Of a stretch of DNA of 48,168 bases, positions 37,244 through 47,244 are shown in pieces. The DNA comes from Chthonomonadaceae bacterium (lineage in GTDB: Bacteria; Armatimonadota; Chthonomonadetes; Chthonomonadales; Chthonomonadaceae), in contig DASRGZ010000210.1 in NCBI GenBank assembly GCA_035650735.1, positions 1 through 48,168 on the forward strand, in the 5' to 3' direction. Within the stretch, counting starts at the first letter, position 1; every line of letters begins with the position of its first letter. A program made the translations under genes and the position numbers. The notes below the pieces were generated by a model. It was not told where the DNA came from. It did not search any database and saw only the letters and a list, made by a program, of their open reading frames with translations.

Positions 37244-38107
37244 ATGGACGACCGCTCGATTGACCTGCACGCGCACACGACAGCTTCTGACGGCGACCAC
37301 ACGCCGACGGAATTGGTGCGGCACGCCGCCGAGATCGGCCTGACCGCCATCGCCGTCACCGACCACGACACGACGGAGGGCATCGCGGAGGCGCAGGAGG
37401 CGGGCGCACGCTACGGCGTGGAGGTCGTGCCGGGCATCGAGCTGAGCGCCGCATTCGAAAACGGGCAGTGTCACCTGCTGGGCTTTTGTATTGATCCGGC
37501 GGCCCCGGCGCTGCTGGCGCGGCTGGAAGCCGTGCGGAAGAACCGGGCTGTGCGCAACGCGGGCATGGGCGAGAAGCTGCGGGCGCTCGGCATAGACATC
37601 ACGGAGCAAGATGTCGAGACGGCAGCCGGGGGCGAGGTCGTCGGGCGGCCTCACTTTGCACGCGTGCTGGTGGAGAAAGGCTATGTCGGCTCCGTGCGGG
37701 AGGCGTTCGAGCGCTACCTGGCAAAAGGCGCTGCCGCCTACGTGGAGCGGGATCGGCTCCAGCCCGACGAGGCCATCGCGCTGATCCACGACGCGGGCGG
37801 AGTCGCTATCCTGGCCCACCCTGGCTATCTCCGGCGCGATGCGGTCGGGACGGCGGCGGAGATAGCCCATCTGCAAACGCTCGGGCTGGACGGCATCGAG
37901 GCGCGCTATAGCCAGCATACGCCGGAAGAGACCGCCCGCTATCTGGAACTGGCCTATAGTCGGGGTCTGCTGACTTCCGGCGGCTCCGATTATCACGGCC
38001 CCACAGTCAAGCCTGACGTTCATCTCGGCCATGTGGAGGGGAACCTGCCCGCCCCCAATATTCTTCTCGATGCGCTGCGGCAAGCCGCCGAGAAGATTTC
38101 CCGCTAA
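37244..38107 (+). CDS. PHP domain metallo-phosphoesterase (TrpH/YciV-like)
   Basis: DLHAHTTASDG, TDHD, GIELS, RPHFA, LAHP, GGSDYHG. Confidence 0.92.
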   Translation: MDDRSIDLHAHTTASDGDHTPTELVRHAAEIGLTAIAVTDHDTTEGIAEAQEAGARYGVEVVPGIELSAAFENGQCHLLGFCIDPAAPALLARLEAVRKNRAVRNAGMGEKLRALGIDITEQDVETAAGGEVVGRPHFARVLVEKGYVGSVREAFERYLAKGAAAYVERDRLQPDEAIALIHDAGGVAILAHPGYLRRDAVGTAAEIAHLQTLGLDGIEARYSQHTPEETARYLELAYSRGLLTSGGSDYHGPTVKPDVHLGHVEGNLPAPNILLDALRQAAEKISR

Positions 38108-38139
38108 GTCGCGCCTCTAGTAAGTCTGCCGTCCTTTGT

Positions 38140-38198
38140 GCGGCAGGTTAAACCCTGCCGCTGTGGGGCCTACGGCCCTCCGCCCACCTGCGTGGGCG
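38140..38198 (-). repeat. REP family A copy (inverted)
   Basis: Reverse complement of the family A unit. Confidence 0.85.
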
Positions 38199-38271
38199 GG
38201 AAATGCCTCTCGACGAAAGGGCAGTCAATGAGTTGGAGGCGCTACTTAGAAGGCCCTCTGGAGGTGCGTCT

Positions 38272-39591
38272 GTGACCCCGCCGTCCTATCCTGATCTGCT
38301 TGCCGTTCGCCCGCTGGAAGCCCCGCCGGACGCCACTATTCCCGTTCCCGGCTCCAAAAGCCTGACCAACCGCGCCCTGATCCTGGCGGCGCTGGCGCAG
38401 GGAGTCTCCACGCTGCGCGGCGCGCTCGCCTCCGACGATACGCGCGTGATGGTCGAGTCGCTGCGGCGGCTGGGATTGGACGTGGAGGCGGACGAGGCGG
38501 CGGAGACGCTGCGGGTGATGGGACAGGGCGGGCGCATCCCAGCCCGGGAAGCCGAGCTGTTCCTCGGCAACTCCGGCACCTCCATGCGTTTTCTTATTGC
38601 GCTAACGGCGCTCGGCGCGGGCCGCTACCGGCTGGACGGGGTGGCGCGGATGCGCCAGCGCCCGCAGGGCGACCTGCTGGAGGCGCTGCAGGCGCTGGGC
38701 GTCGAAGTCCTCTCCGAGGCGGGGAATGGCTGCCCGCCCATCGTCGTGCGTGGGGGCGGAGGCTTGCGCGGCGGCACGGCCCATCTGCGCGCCGAGGCCA
38801 GCAGCCAATTCCTTTCGGCGCTGCTGATGGTCGTGCCCTATGCGCAAAACGAGGTCACCATCGAGATCGTCGGGCGTCTGCGCCCGTTCTACGTCGAGAT
38901 CACGCGGCGGATGATGGCGCAGTGGGGCGTACAGGTGGCGGTAGAAGGCGATTACGCGCGCTTCCGCGTGCCTGCCGGGCAGCGCTATAGCGCCCAGCCG
39001 GACTATCCGATTGAGCCGGACGCCTCCAGCGCCTCCTACTTCTTCGCGGCGGCGGCCCTCACGGGTGGGCGCGTCACCGTTCCGGGACTCGGCCCGCAGG
39101 CGCTTCAGGGCGACGTGCGCTTTGCCACTGAGGTGCTGGCGGAGATGGGCTGTACGGTCACGCACGACCGGAGCGGCCTGACGGTCATCGGCCCGCCGGA
39201 GGGAAAGCTGCACGGCATAGACCGCGATATGAGCGCCATCTCCGACACTAGCCTGACCCTTGCGGCCCTCGCGCCCTTCGCCGACTCGCCCACCACCGTC
39301 CGCAACATCGCCCACACCCGCCTCCAGGAGTGCGACCGCATCGCCGCCGTCTGCGCGGAACTGACCAGGCTCGGCGTGCGCGTCGAGGAGCGGCCCGACG
39401 GCTTCACGGTCTACCCGACAGAACGGATTACCCCCGCCGCCATCGCCACCTACCATGATCACCGCGTCGCGATGAGTTTTGCCCTCATCGGCCTCAAAGT
39501 CCCCGGCGTCGTCATTCAAGACCCCGGCTGCGTCGCCAAGACCTTTCCCGACTACTGGCAGCGTCTCGAACGCCTCCGCCAATCATCCTGA
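38272..39591 (+). CDS. aroA: EPSP synthase
   Basis: PGSKSLTNR, GNSGTSMR, SSQFLS, DASSA, ECDR, DHRVAM, KTFP; GGAGG RBS before GTG 38272. Confidence 0.96.
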   Translation: MTPPSYPDLLAVRPLEAPPDATIPVPGSKSLTNRALILAALAQGVSTLRGALASDDTRVMVESLRRLGLDVEADEAAETLRVMGQGGRIPAREAELFLGNSGTSMRFLIALTALGAGRYRLDGVARMRQRPQGDLLEALQALGVEVLSEAGNGCPPIVVRGGGGLRGGTAHLRAEASSQFLSALLMVVPYAQNEVTIEIVGRLRPFYVEITRRMMAQWGVQVAVEGDYARFRVPAGQRYSAQPDYPIEPDASSASYFFAAAALTGGRVTVPGLGPQALQGDVRFATEVLAEMGCTVTHDRSGLTVIGPPEGKLHGIDRDMSAISDTSLTLAALAPFADSPTTVRNIAHTRLQECDRIAAVCAELTRLGVRVEERPDGFTVYPTERITPAAIATYHDHRVAMSFALIGLKVPGVVIQDPGCVAKTFPDYWQRLERLRQSS

Positions 39592-39933
39592 CGGCCCAGA
39601 GCAACCCAACGCACAGCGCGAAACCGCGCAGATAACGCTTCTGCTGTCGGAACGCGGGCAGGCGGACGCTGCGCCCGTACTGCCTGGCCGGGTCAACCTT
39701 TGTGCGACATATTGGGCCTTTGTTAGACGGAGAGAAGCGGCCTTCGCGGCTTCAGCCGGGATAACGGGCGCACTCAAATCTCATAGTCCGTCGGAATGTC
39801 AGCCTCCCGAGCCGCCGCACGCTTCTGCTCTGTCCGGGCGATAAGCCGGGCCACCGCCACGCCCCAGGCCAGCGGCCCTATCAGGCATAGAATTACGTAG
39901 AGTACCAGACTCCTCTCCACGGCTCCGATCTCC

Positions 39934-40929
39934 TCACACGATATGCCGCCGGTGGAACCACCAGTAGGTAGCCGCGCCGATAGCTATCATCAGCCCCATC
40001 CAGAACCAGATATTGGTGTTATACCAGGGCTGATGCGCAAAGTTCATCCCGAAGACGCCGGTGAGGAACGTGATAGGCATGAACACGGTCGCCACGGCGG
40101 TCAGTTTTTGCATGACCAGGTTGAGCTGGTTGGAGACCTGCGAGAGATAGGCGTCGAGCATACTGGACATCAGGTCCCGGTAGTTATCCAACGTCTCATA
40201 GATGCGGAAGAGATGATCGGCTACGTCCCGGAAATAGGGCAACATACTGGATTGGATGCCGGGAATGTCGCGCGTCGTCAGGGTCTGGGTCACTTCACGC
40301 AGCGGCCCGGCATAGCGGCGCATGCGCGTCAGGTCTCGCTTCAGAGTAAATATCGTCTCCAGAACATCCTGCCTCGGCCTTGTAACGATACGATCCTCCA
40401 GATCGTCCAGGCGATCCGCCATAGCCTCCAGCAGCGGAAAATAGAGGTCTACCAATACGTCCAGCAGCATATAGAGCAGATAGCCCGGCCCCTTGTCGAA
40501 AATCCAGTGGCGGTGATCGCAACGGTCGCGAAACTGGCGCACCGTCTCCACCGGCTCAACATGCACCGTCACCAGATAGTTAGGGCCGAGAAAGGTGGCG
40601 ATCTGGCGGCCGCGCACGTTCTCCGTCTCCGCCGATTTGCCGGACGCGGTCTCGTCCGTCTCCGCCGGGCCCATCCGGATCTCATCGGCCACCACAAAGA
40701 CAAAGCCCTCGTACTCGTCCACTTTCGGGCGCTGGCGCGGGCGGGAAGCATCCTCAATGGCAAGCGGGTGGAAATGAAACGGCTCGCACAGCAGCGCATA
40801 CTCCTCCGACGTCGGGGATTCGAGATCCAGCCAGAAGCTGTGCTGACTGTCTGCCAGGAGTTTCGGCAGCAACGCTCCATCCTGGCTGTAGCGAATTGTA
40901 TTCCCTTCCGGATAGACAATGGTGATCAC
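39934..40929 (-). CDS. corA: Mg/Co transporter CorA
   Basis: FHPLAIED, QRPKVDEY, GVFGMNF, two C-terminal TMs. Confidence 0.95.
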   Translation of the reverse strand: MITIVYPEGNTIRYSQDGALLPKLLADSQHSFWLDLESPTSEEYALLCEPFHFHPLAIEDASRPRQRPKVDEYEGFVFVVADEIRMGPAETDETASGKSAETENVRGRQIATFLGPNYLVTVHVEPVETVRQFRDRCDHRHWIFDKGPGYLLYMLLDVLVDLYFPLLEAMADRLDDLEDRIVTRPRQDVLETIFTLKRDLTRMRRYAGPLREVTQTLTTRDIPGIQSSMLPYFRDVADHLFRIYETLDNYRDLMSSMLDAYLSQVSNQLNLVMQKLTAVATVFMPITFLTGVFGMNFAHQPWYNTNIWFWMGLMIAIGAATYWWFHRRHIV

Positions 40930-41253
40930 GGCAACCTTCGTCTCCTATTCTTGGGTCGGGCGATGATGCTTCGCTGCTTGCCTGCCCTGAATGCCAGTGG
41001 AGAGGCAGGAGTTATGGCGTAAAATACGGAAACTATCGCGACAGGATTTCAAGTACTAACGGAAGGAAACGGGTCAGGAGAGGGCCTGAAATCCGGTTCA
41101 TCTCCGCAGCCCTCTGGCCTTAAGTCCTCAGGGACAATCCGAATCCTAATCTCATCAAACCTACTTAGGCAAGATGGGTGTTAGATCCTGTCTCACCTAC
41201 TGCGTTTGCTGTTTCGTCCGAGGGAACAAACCTACTTCCAGGGGAGCTAATTG

Positions 41254-42549
41254 ATGCCCAAGATTACGATGATCGGTGCCGGAAGCACCGTGTTTGCCAA
41301 GAACCTGCTTGGCGACATTCTCTCTTTTCCTGAGTTGGCGGAGAGCCACATTGCGCTGATGGATATTGACAACGAGCGCCTGGCGACTTCGGAGGTCGTG
41401 GCGCATAAGGTTGCCAAAGCGGTGGACGCGCACCCGCGCATCACCACCCACACCGACCGCCGCGCCGCGCTCGATGGGGCCGACTACGCCATCAACATGA
41501 TCCAGGTCGGGGGCTACAAGCCCGGCACCGTGATTGATTTTGAAATTCCGAAAAAGTATGGCCTGCGCCAGACTATCGCCGACACGCTGGGTATCGGCGG
41601 CATCATGCGTGCGCTGCGCACGATCCCGGTCATGCTGGATATGTGCCGGGATATGGAAGAGGTGGCTCCCAACGTCACCTTCCTCAACTACGTCAACCCC
41701 ATGTGCATGAACACCTGGGCCGTTACCCGCGCTACTCGCGTCAAGACCGTCGGCCTCTGCCATAGCGTCCAGGGAACCGCCTGGCAGATCGCCCGGGATA
41801 TCGGCGTGCCCTACGAGGAGATCAACTACCTCTGCGCCGGCATTAACCACATGGCCTTCTATCTCAAGTTCGAGCGCAACGGCGAAGACCTCTATCCGCT
41901 GATCCGCAAGGTCGTGGAGGAGGGCCGCGTTCCGGACTGGAACCGTGTCCGCTACGAGATGTTTATGCGGCTGGGCTACTTCGTCACCGAATCCTCCGAG
42001 CACTTCGCCGAGTACTGCCCGTACTTCATCCGTCGCGACCGGCCCGACCTGATCGAGCGGTTCAACGTTCCGCTGGACGAGTACATTCGCCGCTGCGAAA
42101 ACCAGATCGCCGGCTGGCACGCGATGAAGGCGCGGTTTGAAAGCGATGAGCCGATGGAGGTTCACCGCAGCCACGAGTACGGCTCGCTTATCATCCACAG
42201 CATGGAGACGGACACGCCGCGCGTCATCTACGGCAACGTCGCCAACGACGGCCTGATCCCCAACCTGCCCCAGGGCTGCTGCGTCGAAGTGCCCGTCCTG
42301 GTGGATAAGAACGGTTTGCAGCCGACCCGGATCGGCGCGCTGCCTCCACAGCTTGCCGCTCTCATGCAGACCAACATCAACGTCCAGTCCCTGACCGTCG
42401 AGGCGGCCCTGACCGGCAAGCGGGAGCACGTCTATCACGCGGCCATGCTCGACCCGCACACCGCCGCCGAGTTGACCCTGGACGAGATCTGGGCGCTGGT
42501 GGACGAGCTGATCGAGGCGCACGGCGACTACATCCCGCCGCTGCACTAA
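41254..42549 (+). CDS. melA: Glycoside hydrolase family 4 alpha-galactosidase
   Basis: IGAGSTVF, QTIADTLGIGG, NYVNP, GLCHSVQG, GINH, TESSEH. Confidence 0.9.
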   Translation: MPKITMIGAGSTVFAKNLLGDILSFPELAESHIALMDIDNERLATSEVVAHKVAKAVDAHPRITTHTDRRAALDGADYAINMIQVGGYKPGTVIDFEIPKKYGLRQTIADTLGIGGIMRALRTIPVMLDMCRDMEEVAPNVTFLNYVNPMCMNTWAVTRATRVKTVGLCHSVQGTAWQIARDIGVPYEEINYLCAGINHMAFYLKFERNGEDLYPLIRKVVEEGRVPDWNRVRYEMFMRLGYFVTESSEHFAEYCPYFIRRDRPDLIERFNVPLDEYIRRCENQIAGWHAMKARFESDEPMEVHRSHEYGSLIIHSMETDTPRVIYGNVANDGLIPNLPQGCCVEVPVLVDKNGLQPTRIGALPPQLAALMQTNINVQSLTVEAALTGKREHVYHAAMLDPHTAAELTLDEIWALVDELIEAHGDYIPPLH

Positions 42550-42664
42550 GCAGCGATAGACTGGTGTCCCGGAGGGCGGCGACGGAATAGGATCCCTTCG
42601 CAACCATTCCGTCGCCGCCCGGTTGCCTGATTGCAAAATGCGCGTATCCTTACGGGAGAGGGTA

Positions 42665-42934
42665 ATGGACGAACAAGCATATAAAGCCTGGTGGTCCCTG
42701 CACTTACGGAAAGCCAGAGGAGAGACGCTGACACCGGAAGAGCAGGCCGTTTACGAGGCGGGGCGAGAGCAACTTTACGCGGAGGAGAGACTGAATGGAA
42801 GTATAGAAGAGTTGCGACGCCTCCGCGCAGAAATCAAGGCGATGGAAGAGGAACATAGCCAACTCCTGGAACGCCGTCACGAGATGCAGGAGCGGGCCGC
42901 ATCGTTAGAAGCCGCTTTGAGCGATTCAGTATAG
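42665..42934 (+). CDS. Small coiled-coil hypothetical protein
   Basis: GAGG RBS; MDEQAYKAWWSLHLRKARGE; heptad C-terminus. Confidence 0.6.
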   Translation: MDEQAYKAWWSLHLRKARGETLTPEEQAVYEAGREQLYAEERLNGSIEELRRLRAEIKAMEEEHSQLLERRHEMQERAASLEAALSDSV

Positions 42935-42996
42935 GACCGATTTGCCTATGGTAGAATGAAAGCACACTCCGAGTATATAAGGAGGCGATAATAACC

Positions 42997-43269
42997 ATGC
43001 CAGACATAGCACTGAATCGAGAAGAGATCGGACGACGCGCAAAGGCACTTTATGAACAGGGCATTCGTCAGAAAGTCGAAACGGCGGAAAATATCGGCAA
43101 GATGGTTATAATCGATACCGACACGGGCGACTATGAAATTGACGAGCTTGGGCTGGAAGCTGCGCGCAAACTTCGTTCCCGCCACCCGAATGCTCGCCTC
43201 TTCGGGATACGTATCGGCTACAATGTAGCCGAATCCTTCGGGGGCGTCATCGAACGGACTGCGCAGTGA
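42997..43269 (+). CDS. Small DUF5678-like protein, partner of retropepsin (copy 2)
   Basis: AAGGAGG RBS; paralog of 30055-30339. Confidence 0.78.
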   Translation: MPDIALNREEIGRRAKALYEQGIRQKVETAENIGKMVIIDTDTGDYEIDELGLEAARKLRSRHPNARLFGIRIGYNVAESFGGVIERTAQ

Positions 43270-43640
43270 TGACGGGGCGAGTTCTTAATCTTCATGCCCT
43301 GGTTCCAGTAACTTTCCGTCTTCCGAACCGATCTGATTTGGCGATTGAGTTCGTTGTAAATACCGGATATACGGGCTTTCTAACGCTACCTCCGGCGGCA
43401 ATCGCCGCGTTGGGTCTGCCGTTCGAGTATGATATTCCGGCAAACCTGGCGGATGATACTGAAGTCTTCGTGCCGGTCCACTCGGCGACCATCCTTTGGA
43501 ATGGTAAAGAGCGTGAAGTTCGCGTGCTGGCAATCGGCAAGCGTCCTTTGCTCGGTACGGCGTTCATGGGTGGCAAAGAACTGTTGGTGCAGTTTGCGGA
43601 TAACGGCCTGGTAACGCTTGATGATCTAGTATTCCCATAG
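43266..43640 (+). CDS. Clan AA aspartic protease homolog with catalytic D replaced by N
   Basis: EFVVNTGYTGFL, PLLGTAF; overlaps upstream stop. Confidence 0.8.
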   Translation: MMTGRVLNLHALVPVTFRLPNRSDLAIEFVVNTGYTGFLTLPPAAIAALGLPFEYDIPANLADDTEVFVPVHSATILWNGKEREVRVLAIGKRPLLGTAFMGGKELLVQFADNGLVTLDDLVFP

Positions 43641-43790
43641 GTAGCAGGAATTGAGCTTCCTGATGGCTGCGGCCTTAGCCGTCTGAGGCAGAACGAGGAG
43701 AAACCTTGTGGCGTGGTGAACTACACGGTGGCTGCGACTGGTGCCTCGAGGCGCGGCCTGAACATGCTAACAAAGGAGCAATCTGAAACG

Positions 43791-44024
43791 ATGGCAGATG
43801 TTACGATCACCGTGACAAACAACGGTCCTTATGAGGTCGTCGGGCCGATCACCCTCCAGGACGAGGACGGCAACCGGATTGAGATAGAGGAGGGCGAGCC
43901 GGTTTACCTGTGCCGCTGCGGCGGCTCGCTCACCAAGCCATTCTGCGATGGCACGCACGATGAGATCGGGTTCCAGGGAGCGATGCGGGCCGTTCAGGAG
44001 AGCGAGCAACAAAGCCAAGGCTAA
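43791..44024 (+). CDS. CDGSH iron-sulfur domain protein
   Basis: NGPY...LCRCGGSLTKPFCDGTH; AAGGAG RBS. Confidence 0.92.
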   Translation: MADVTITVTNNGPYEVVGPITLQDEDGNRIEIEEGEPVYLCRCGGSLTKPFCDGTHDEIGFQGAMRAVQESEQQSQG

Positions 44025-44041
44025 ACGCAAAACACTTTTTA

Positions 44042-44134
44042 GACAGGATTAACAGGATTTACAGGATTACACCAAGAGAGAGAAACAGAGCTTGTCTAGG
44101 TTGTTGAAATCCGGTTCATCCCGTTAATCCTGTC
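44042..44134. repeat. ACAGGATT(A/T) 9-bp tandem repeat with inverted counterpart
   Basis: Three units at 44043, 44052, 44061; inverted ATCCGGTTCATCCCGTTAATCCTGTC; related remnant at 41040-41192. Confidence 0.75.
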
Positions 44135-44259
44135 CAAAGGCTTTTGTCTTTCTCTCTTTCTCTTTGTTTTTCTCCGTTTTTGTTTTTCCTCTGTGTCTCC
44201 ATGTCTCTAGCGCAGCGGGTGGTTTATTCGGTTTTGCGCCGTGCGCCTCGTGGTCGGTT

Positions 44260-44946
44260 TCAGACCGTTCCAAAGCCCAGCGTGTAGAGCACGCTCAGCG
44301 CCATGACGAAGTTGCCAACCGGATTCATATGGACGCCGTCTGTCGTCAGCCGATAGTCGGGATTGGCGGCTTTGCCAGCGCGGATAGCGCGCACGCAATC
44401 CTCGTGGGTGGGGGCGAGATAGGTGCTGTGCGCCTCCGCCACGCGCCGCATCGCCTCGACATAGCCCTCCAGCTTCCTGTTGGCGATATTCTCCGGGTTA
44501 TCCACATCCTCGCCGATGACCGTCGGGGTCAGCAGAACGATCTGGGCGTCGGTCGCCTCTCGCAGCGCGTCCACCATCAGGGTAAGCGCCTGCGTATACT
44601 CCTCCAGCGAAACGCCGCCAGGGCCGTTGCCCTCGGGGCAGGCGCGCTCGGCGGCGAAGTCATAGAAGCCATGCCAGACGTCGTTGATGCCGACGTTGAT
44701 CGTGACCCAGTCCGGCTTGCGCGCGATCACGTCGCGCTGGAGACGGGCCAGCATGTCGGGCGCCTTATTGCCGCCGACTCCGGCGTTGACGATCTGGAGG
44801 TTGCGCTCCGGGTAGGCGGCGGCGAGCAGGTTCCGCATCACCGTGACGTAGCCCTCCGGGTATTCCGTAATGCTATCGCCCAGGCAGACGACGGTGGCGT
44901 TGCGCCCGATGAGAAAACCCTGTCCGGCGGCAGTAGCGATGGGCAT
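44260..44946 (-). CDS. SGNH/GDSL hydrolase
   Basis: LGDSIT, NAGVGG, GINDV, DGVH blocks. Confidence 0.92.
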   Translation of the reverse strand: MPIATAAGQGFLIGRNATVVCLGDSITEYPEGYVTVMRNLLAAAYPERNLQIVNAGVGGNKAPDMLARLQRDVIARKPDWVTINVGINDVWHGFYDFAAERACPEGNGPGGVSLEEYTQALTLMVDALREATDAQIVLLTPTVIGEDVDNPENIANRKLEGYVEAMRRVAEAHSTYLAPTHEDCVRAIRAGKAANPDYRLTTDGVHMNPVGNFVMALSVLYTLGFGTV

Positions 44947-45188
44947 GCGTGCTCTCCTCCTGCGGATAGAATGGTTCTCATAGTGTAGCGCATGGGGCGC
45001 AAAAGTCAATGCCTGCTCTCCCAAACATGCGATGAGCCCTTACGAAAAGGCGATGCTGCCACAGCGACAAGGGAGCCGTTTCTTCTCGGAAGGAGAAGAA
45101 ACGGCTCCCCAAAGCACCGTTTCCTAACCGCGCACCAAAAGGACAGAGACGGTGTGTCGGTCGCCCCCCCAGCACCGCGCCGAACCCG

Positions 45189-46246
45189 CTAGCGCGGCGG
45201 GCGCAGGAAGATGCGCTGCTGCCCTGCCGGGTTGTAGCCCCACCCGATAATTTGGCCGTAACCGTTGATTCCGAGGCCGTTCACGAGCACCCATCCGGTC
45301 GCCAGCGTGCCATCCGGGTTGTATAGGGTGAACTGCGTAGGATCGTTGCGGGCCCTGATACCGTCCACGCTATCCCACAGGAACGCGTGGGTGACATTGG
45401 TCGTCCAACTGCTCACATTCCCAACCACCTGTCCGACATTGTTAAGACCAAAGGCGCCCCGGAGTTGAAGCTGGCGATCATTCCGAGATCCGTAGTGACG
45501 CCGGTCGCGGCGTTATAGAGCAGGGGATCGGGAGATTGGGTGGACTCGGCGGCGACCTGGGCGGAGTCGTCGATCTCGTTGCCCTGGATGGGTATCTGAA
45601 GGCTCGCGCCGGATGTCCCGTTGGGCTTCGTCGGGGTCCAGATATAGCTATAGTTGTTGTTGGTCTGGGCCCAGCCAAGCACCTGTCCGATGGCGTTCAT
45701 GCCCGTAACGATCCAGCCCGCGCCTTGTGACGAGAGATTGTAGGTCGTGCCGTTGACCCACAGGAACGGATACCTCACGCTGCCGCCTGAACCGGTTGCG
45801 CGCCCAGCAACCTCGCCGGCGTCGTTGATGGCGAAACCATCCGCGTTTGACGTAAGAGCGGTGATGGTGCCGTCTGCCTCCCAGCGTTCGGCATTGATTT
45901 TTGACGCGTTGAATGCCGCGCCAGCTACCTGCCCAAAACTGTTGATGGCACGGGCATCGCTCCCGGTGGCTCCCTTTGGCAAGGCCAGGAGCGCAAGCGC
46001 GCCGCTGGCCGCGTTCGGGGAAGACGGCGTCCAGCGGAACGCGCGACTCGCTCCGGTGGCATCTGTGGTGGTCCCCGCGACCTGGCCGGAAGCGTTGATG
46101 CCGATCGTAGAGTTGCTAAAGTGGCTTCCCGACACCCAAGCAGCCACATCGGTGAGGGTATACGCCTGCTGGGCGAAGATCCTGGCAGCGGGGGCCGCGC
46201 TCAGAGCAACGGCGACGGCGAACATAAGAGTGAAACGGCGAGCCAT
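45189..46246 (-). pseudogene. Secreted HAF-repeat protein with a 1-nt frameshift near 45457-45460
   Basis: Signal peptide; AxxINxxGQVAG repeats continue in the other frame (AFGLNNVGQVVG...HAFLW). Confidence 0.8.
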
Positions 46247-46467
46247 GGTAGGTTCTCCTCTCCAAACCAGTTCCGAGCGTGGAAGCCGGAACCTTTGTAG
46301 TCGGGTGTAGGATCCATGCCTACTATCGCCGCCCGCTCTTACGGAACTCTTAAATCTCCATGGGCCCATAAAAAAGAGAGAATCCTGCCGTTTCTCTCAA
46401 GGCTCGTGCGAAGGGGCTATTCTCTGTTTGAGAGTATGTTATAATCAGGCGGAAAGGGGATAGACCC

Positions 46468-46821
46468 ATGACGGCAGCCACGATACGCATAGACACACTG
46501 GCAGCGGATAATGCAAGGTTCGTCGCCCGGTCCGGGAACCTGCGCGCGGTCGGGCGCACGATGGGCGAAGCGCTCGATGCCCTGGTGTCCCAGTGGGGAG
46601 AAATCCCCCAGACCGTGCCGGTGATCATCCAGCATTTCGGGCCGGACCGTTTTTTCACACAGGCGCAGTACGACCGGATGCAGGAACTCCGAACCCGCAT
46701 CGGAACTCTTTCCGCCGAGGAGCAGGCGGAACTGGACGCGCTGATTGATGCTGAACTGGCGGCCACTATCTCCCGCCTGGATGCGCTCGACCCATCATCC
46801 ACAAACACCGGCAAACGATGA
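46468..46821 (+). CDS. Small hypothetical protein coupled to the HNH gene (antitoxin-like)
   Basis: ATGA overlap with HNH; LSAEEQAELDALI helix. Confidence 0.65.
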   Translation: MTAATIRIDTLAADNARFVARSGNLRAVGRTMGEALDALVSQWGEIPQTVPVIIQHFGPDRFFTQAQYDRMQELRTRIGTLSAEEQAELDALIDAELAATISRLDALDPSSTNTGKR

Positions 46822-47219
46822 ACCCCTTTTATGCGGTGGTTGCCGAACGGGCCAACTACCGTTGTGAGTACTGTCACGCTCCTGAAGAGGTATTCAACTT
46901 TCCCTTTGAAGTGGAACATATTCTCCCGGTATCGCGTGGTGGTGCCGATAACACGGACAATCTGGCCCTTTCCTGCCGCGCCTGCAATGCCTATAAGGCT
47001 GCCTTTGAAGTGGGCCGTGATAGCCAAACCTAGGCGCCGACTCCTCTTTTCCACCCACGCCAGCAGGTTTGGGAAGAACACTTTCAGGTGGACCCGCAGA
47101 CTGCCAAGATTGTCGGCCTGACCGTAACAGGACGCGCTACCGTTGTGCGTTTGCAGATGAATCTTGCCCGGCAACGGGCGGCGCGTCTTCGCTGGATGCA
47201 GTTCGGTCTCTTTCCCTGA
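46818..47219 (+). pseudogene. HNH endonuclease with premature TAG at 47031-47033
   Basis: CEYC...EHI...NLALSCRACN; frame continues LFHPRQQVWEEHF...GRATV...LQMN to TGA 47219. Confidence 0.82.
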
Positions 47220-47244
47220 TAGGGCCGTGCCGACGGCCTGCAAT

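Noticed and set aside
47031..47033. Pyrrolysine readthrough of the HNH TAG
   Set aside because: Non-catalytic linker position, no pyl genes seen; a point mutation is simpler
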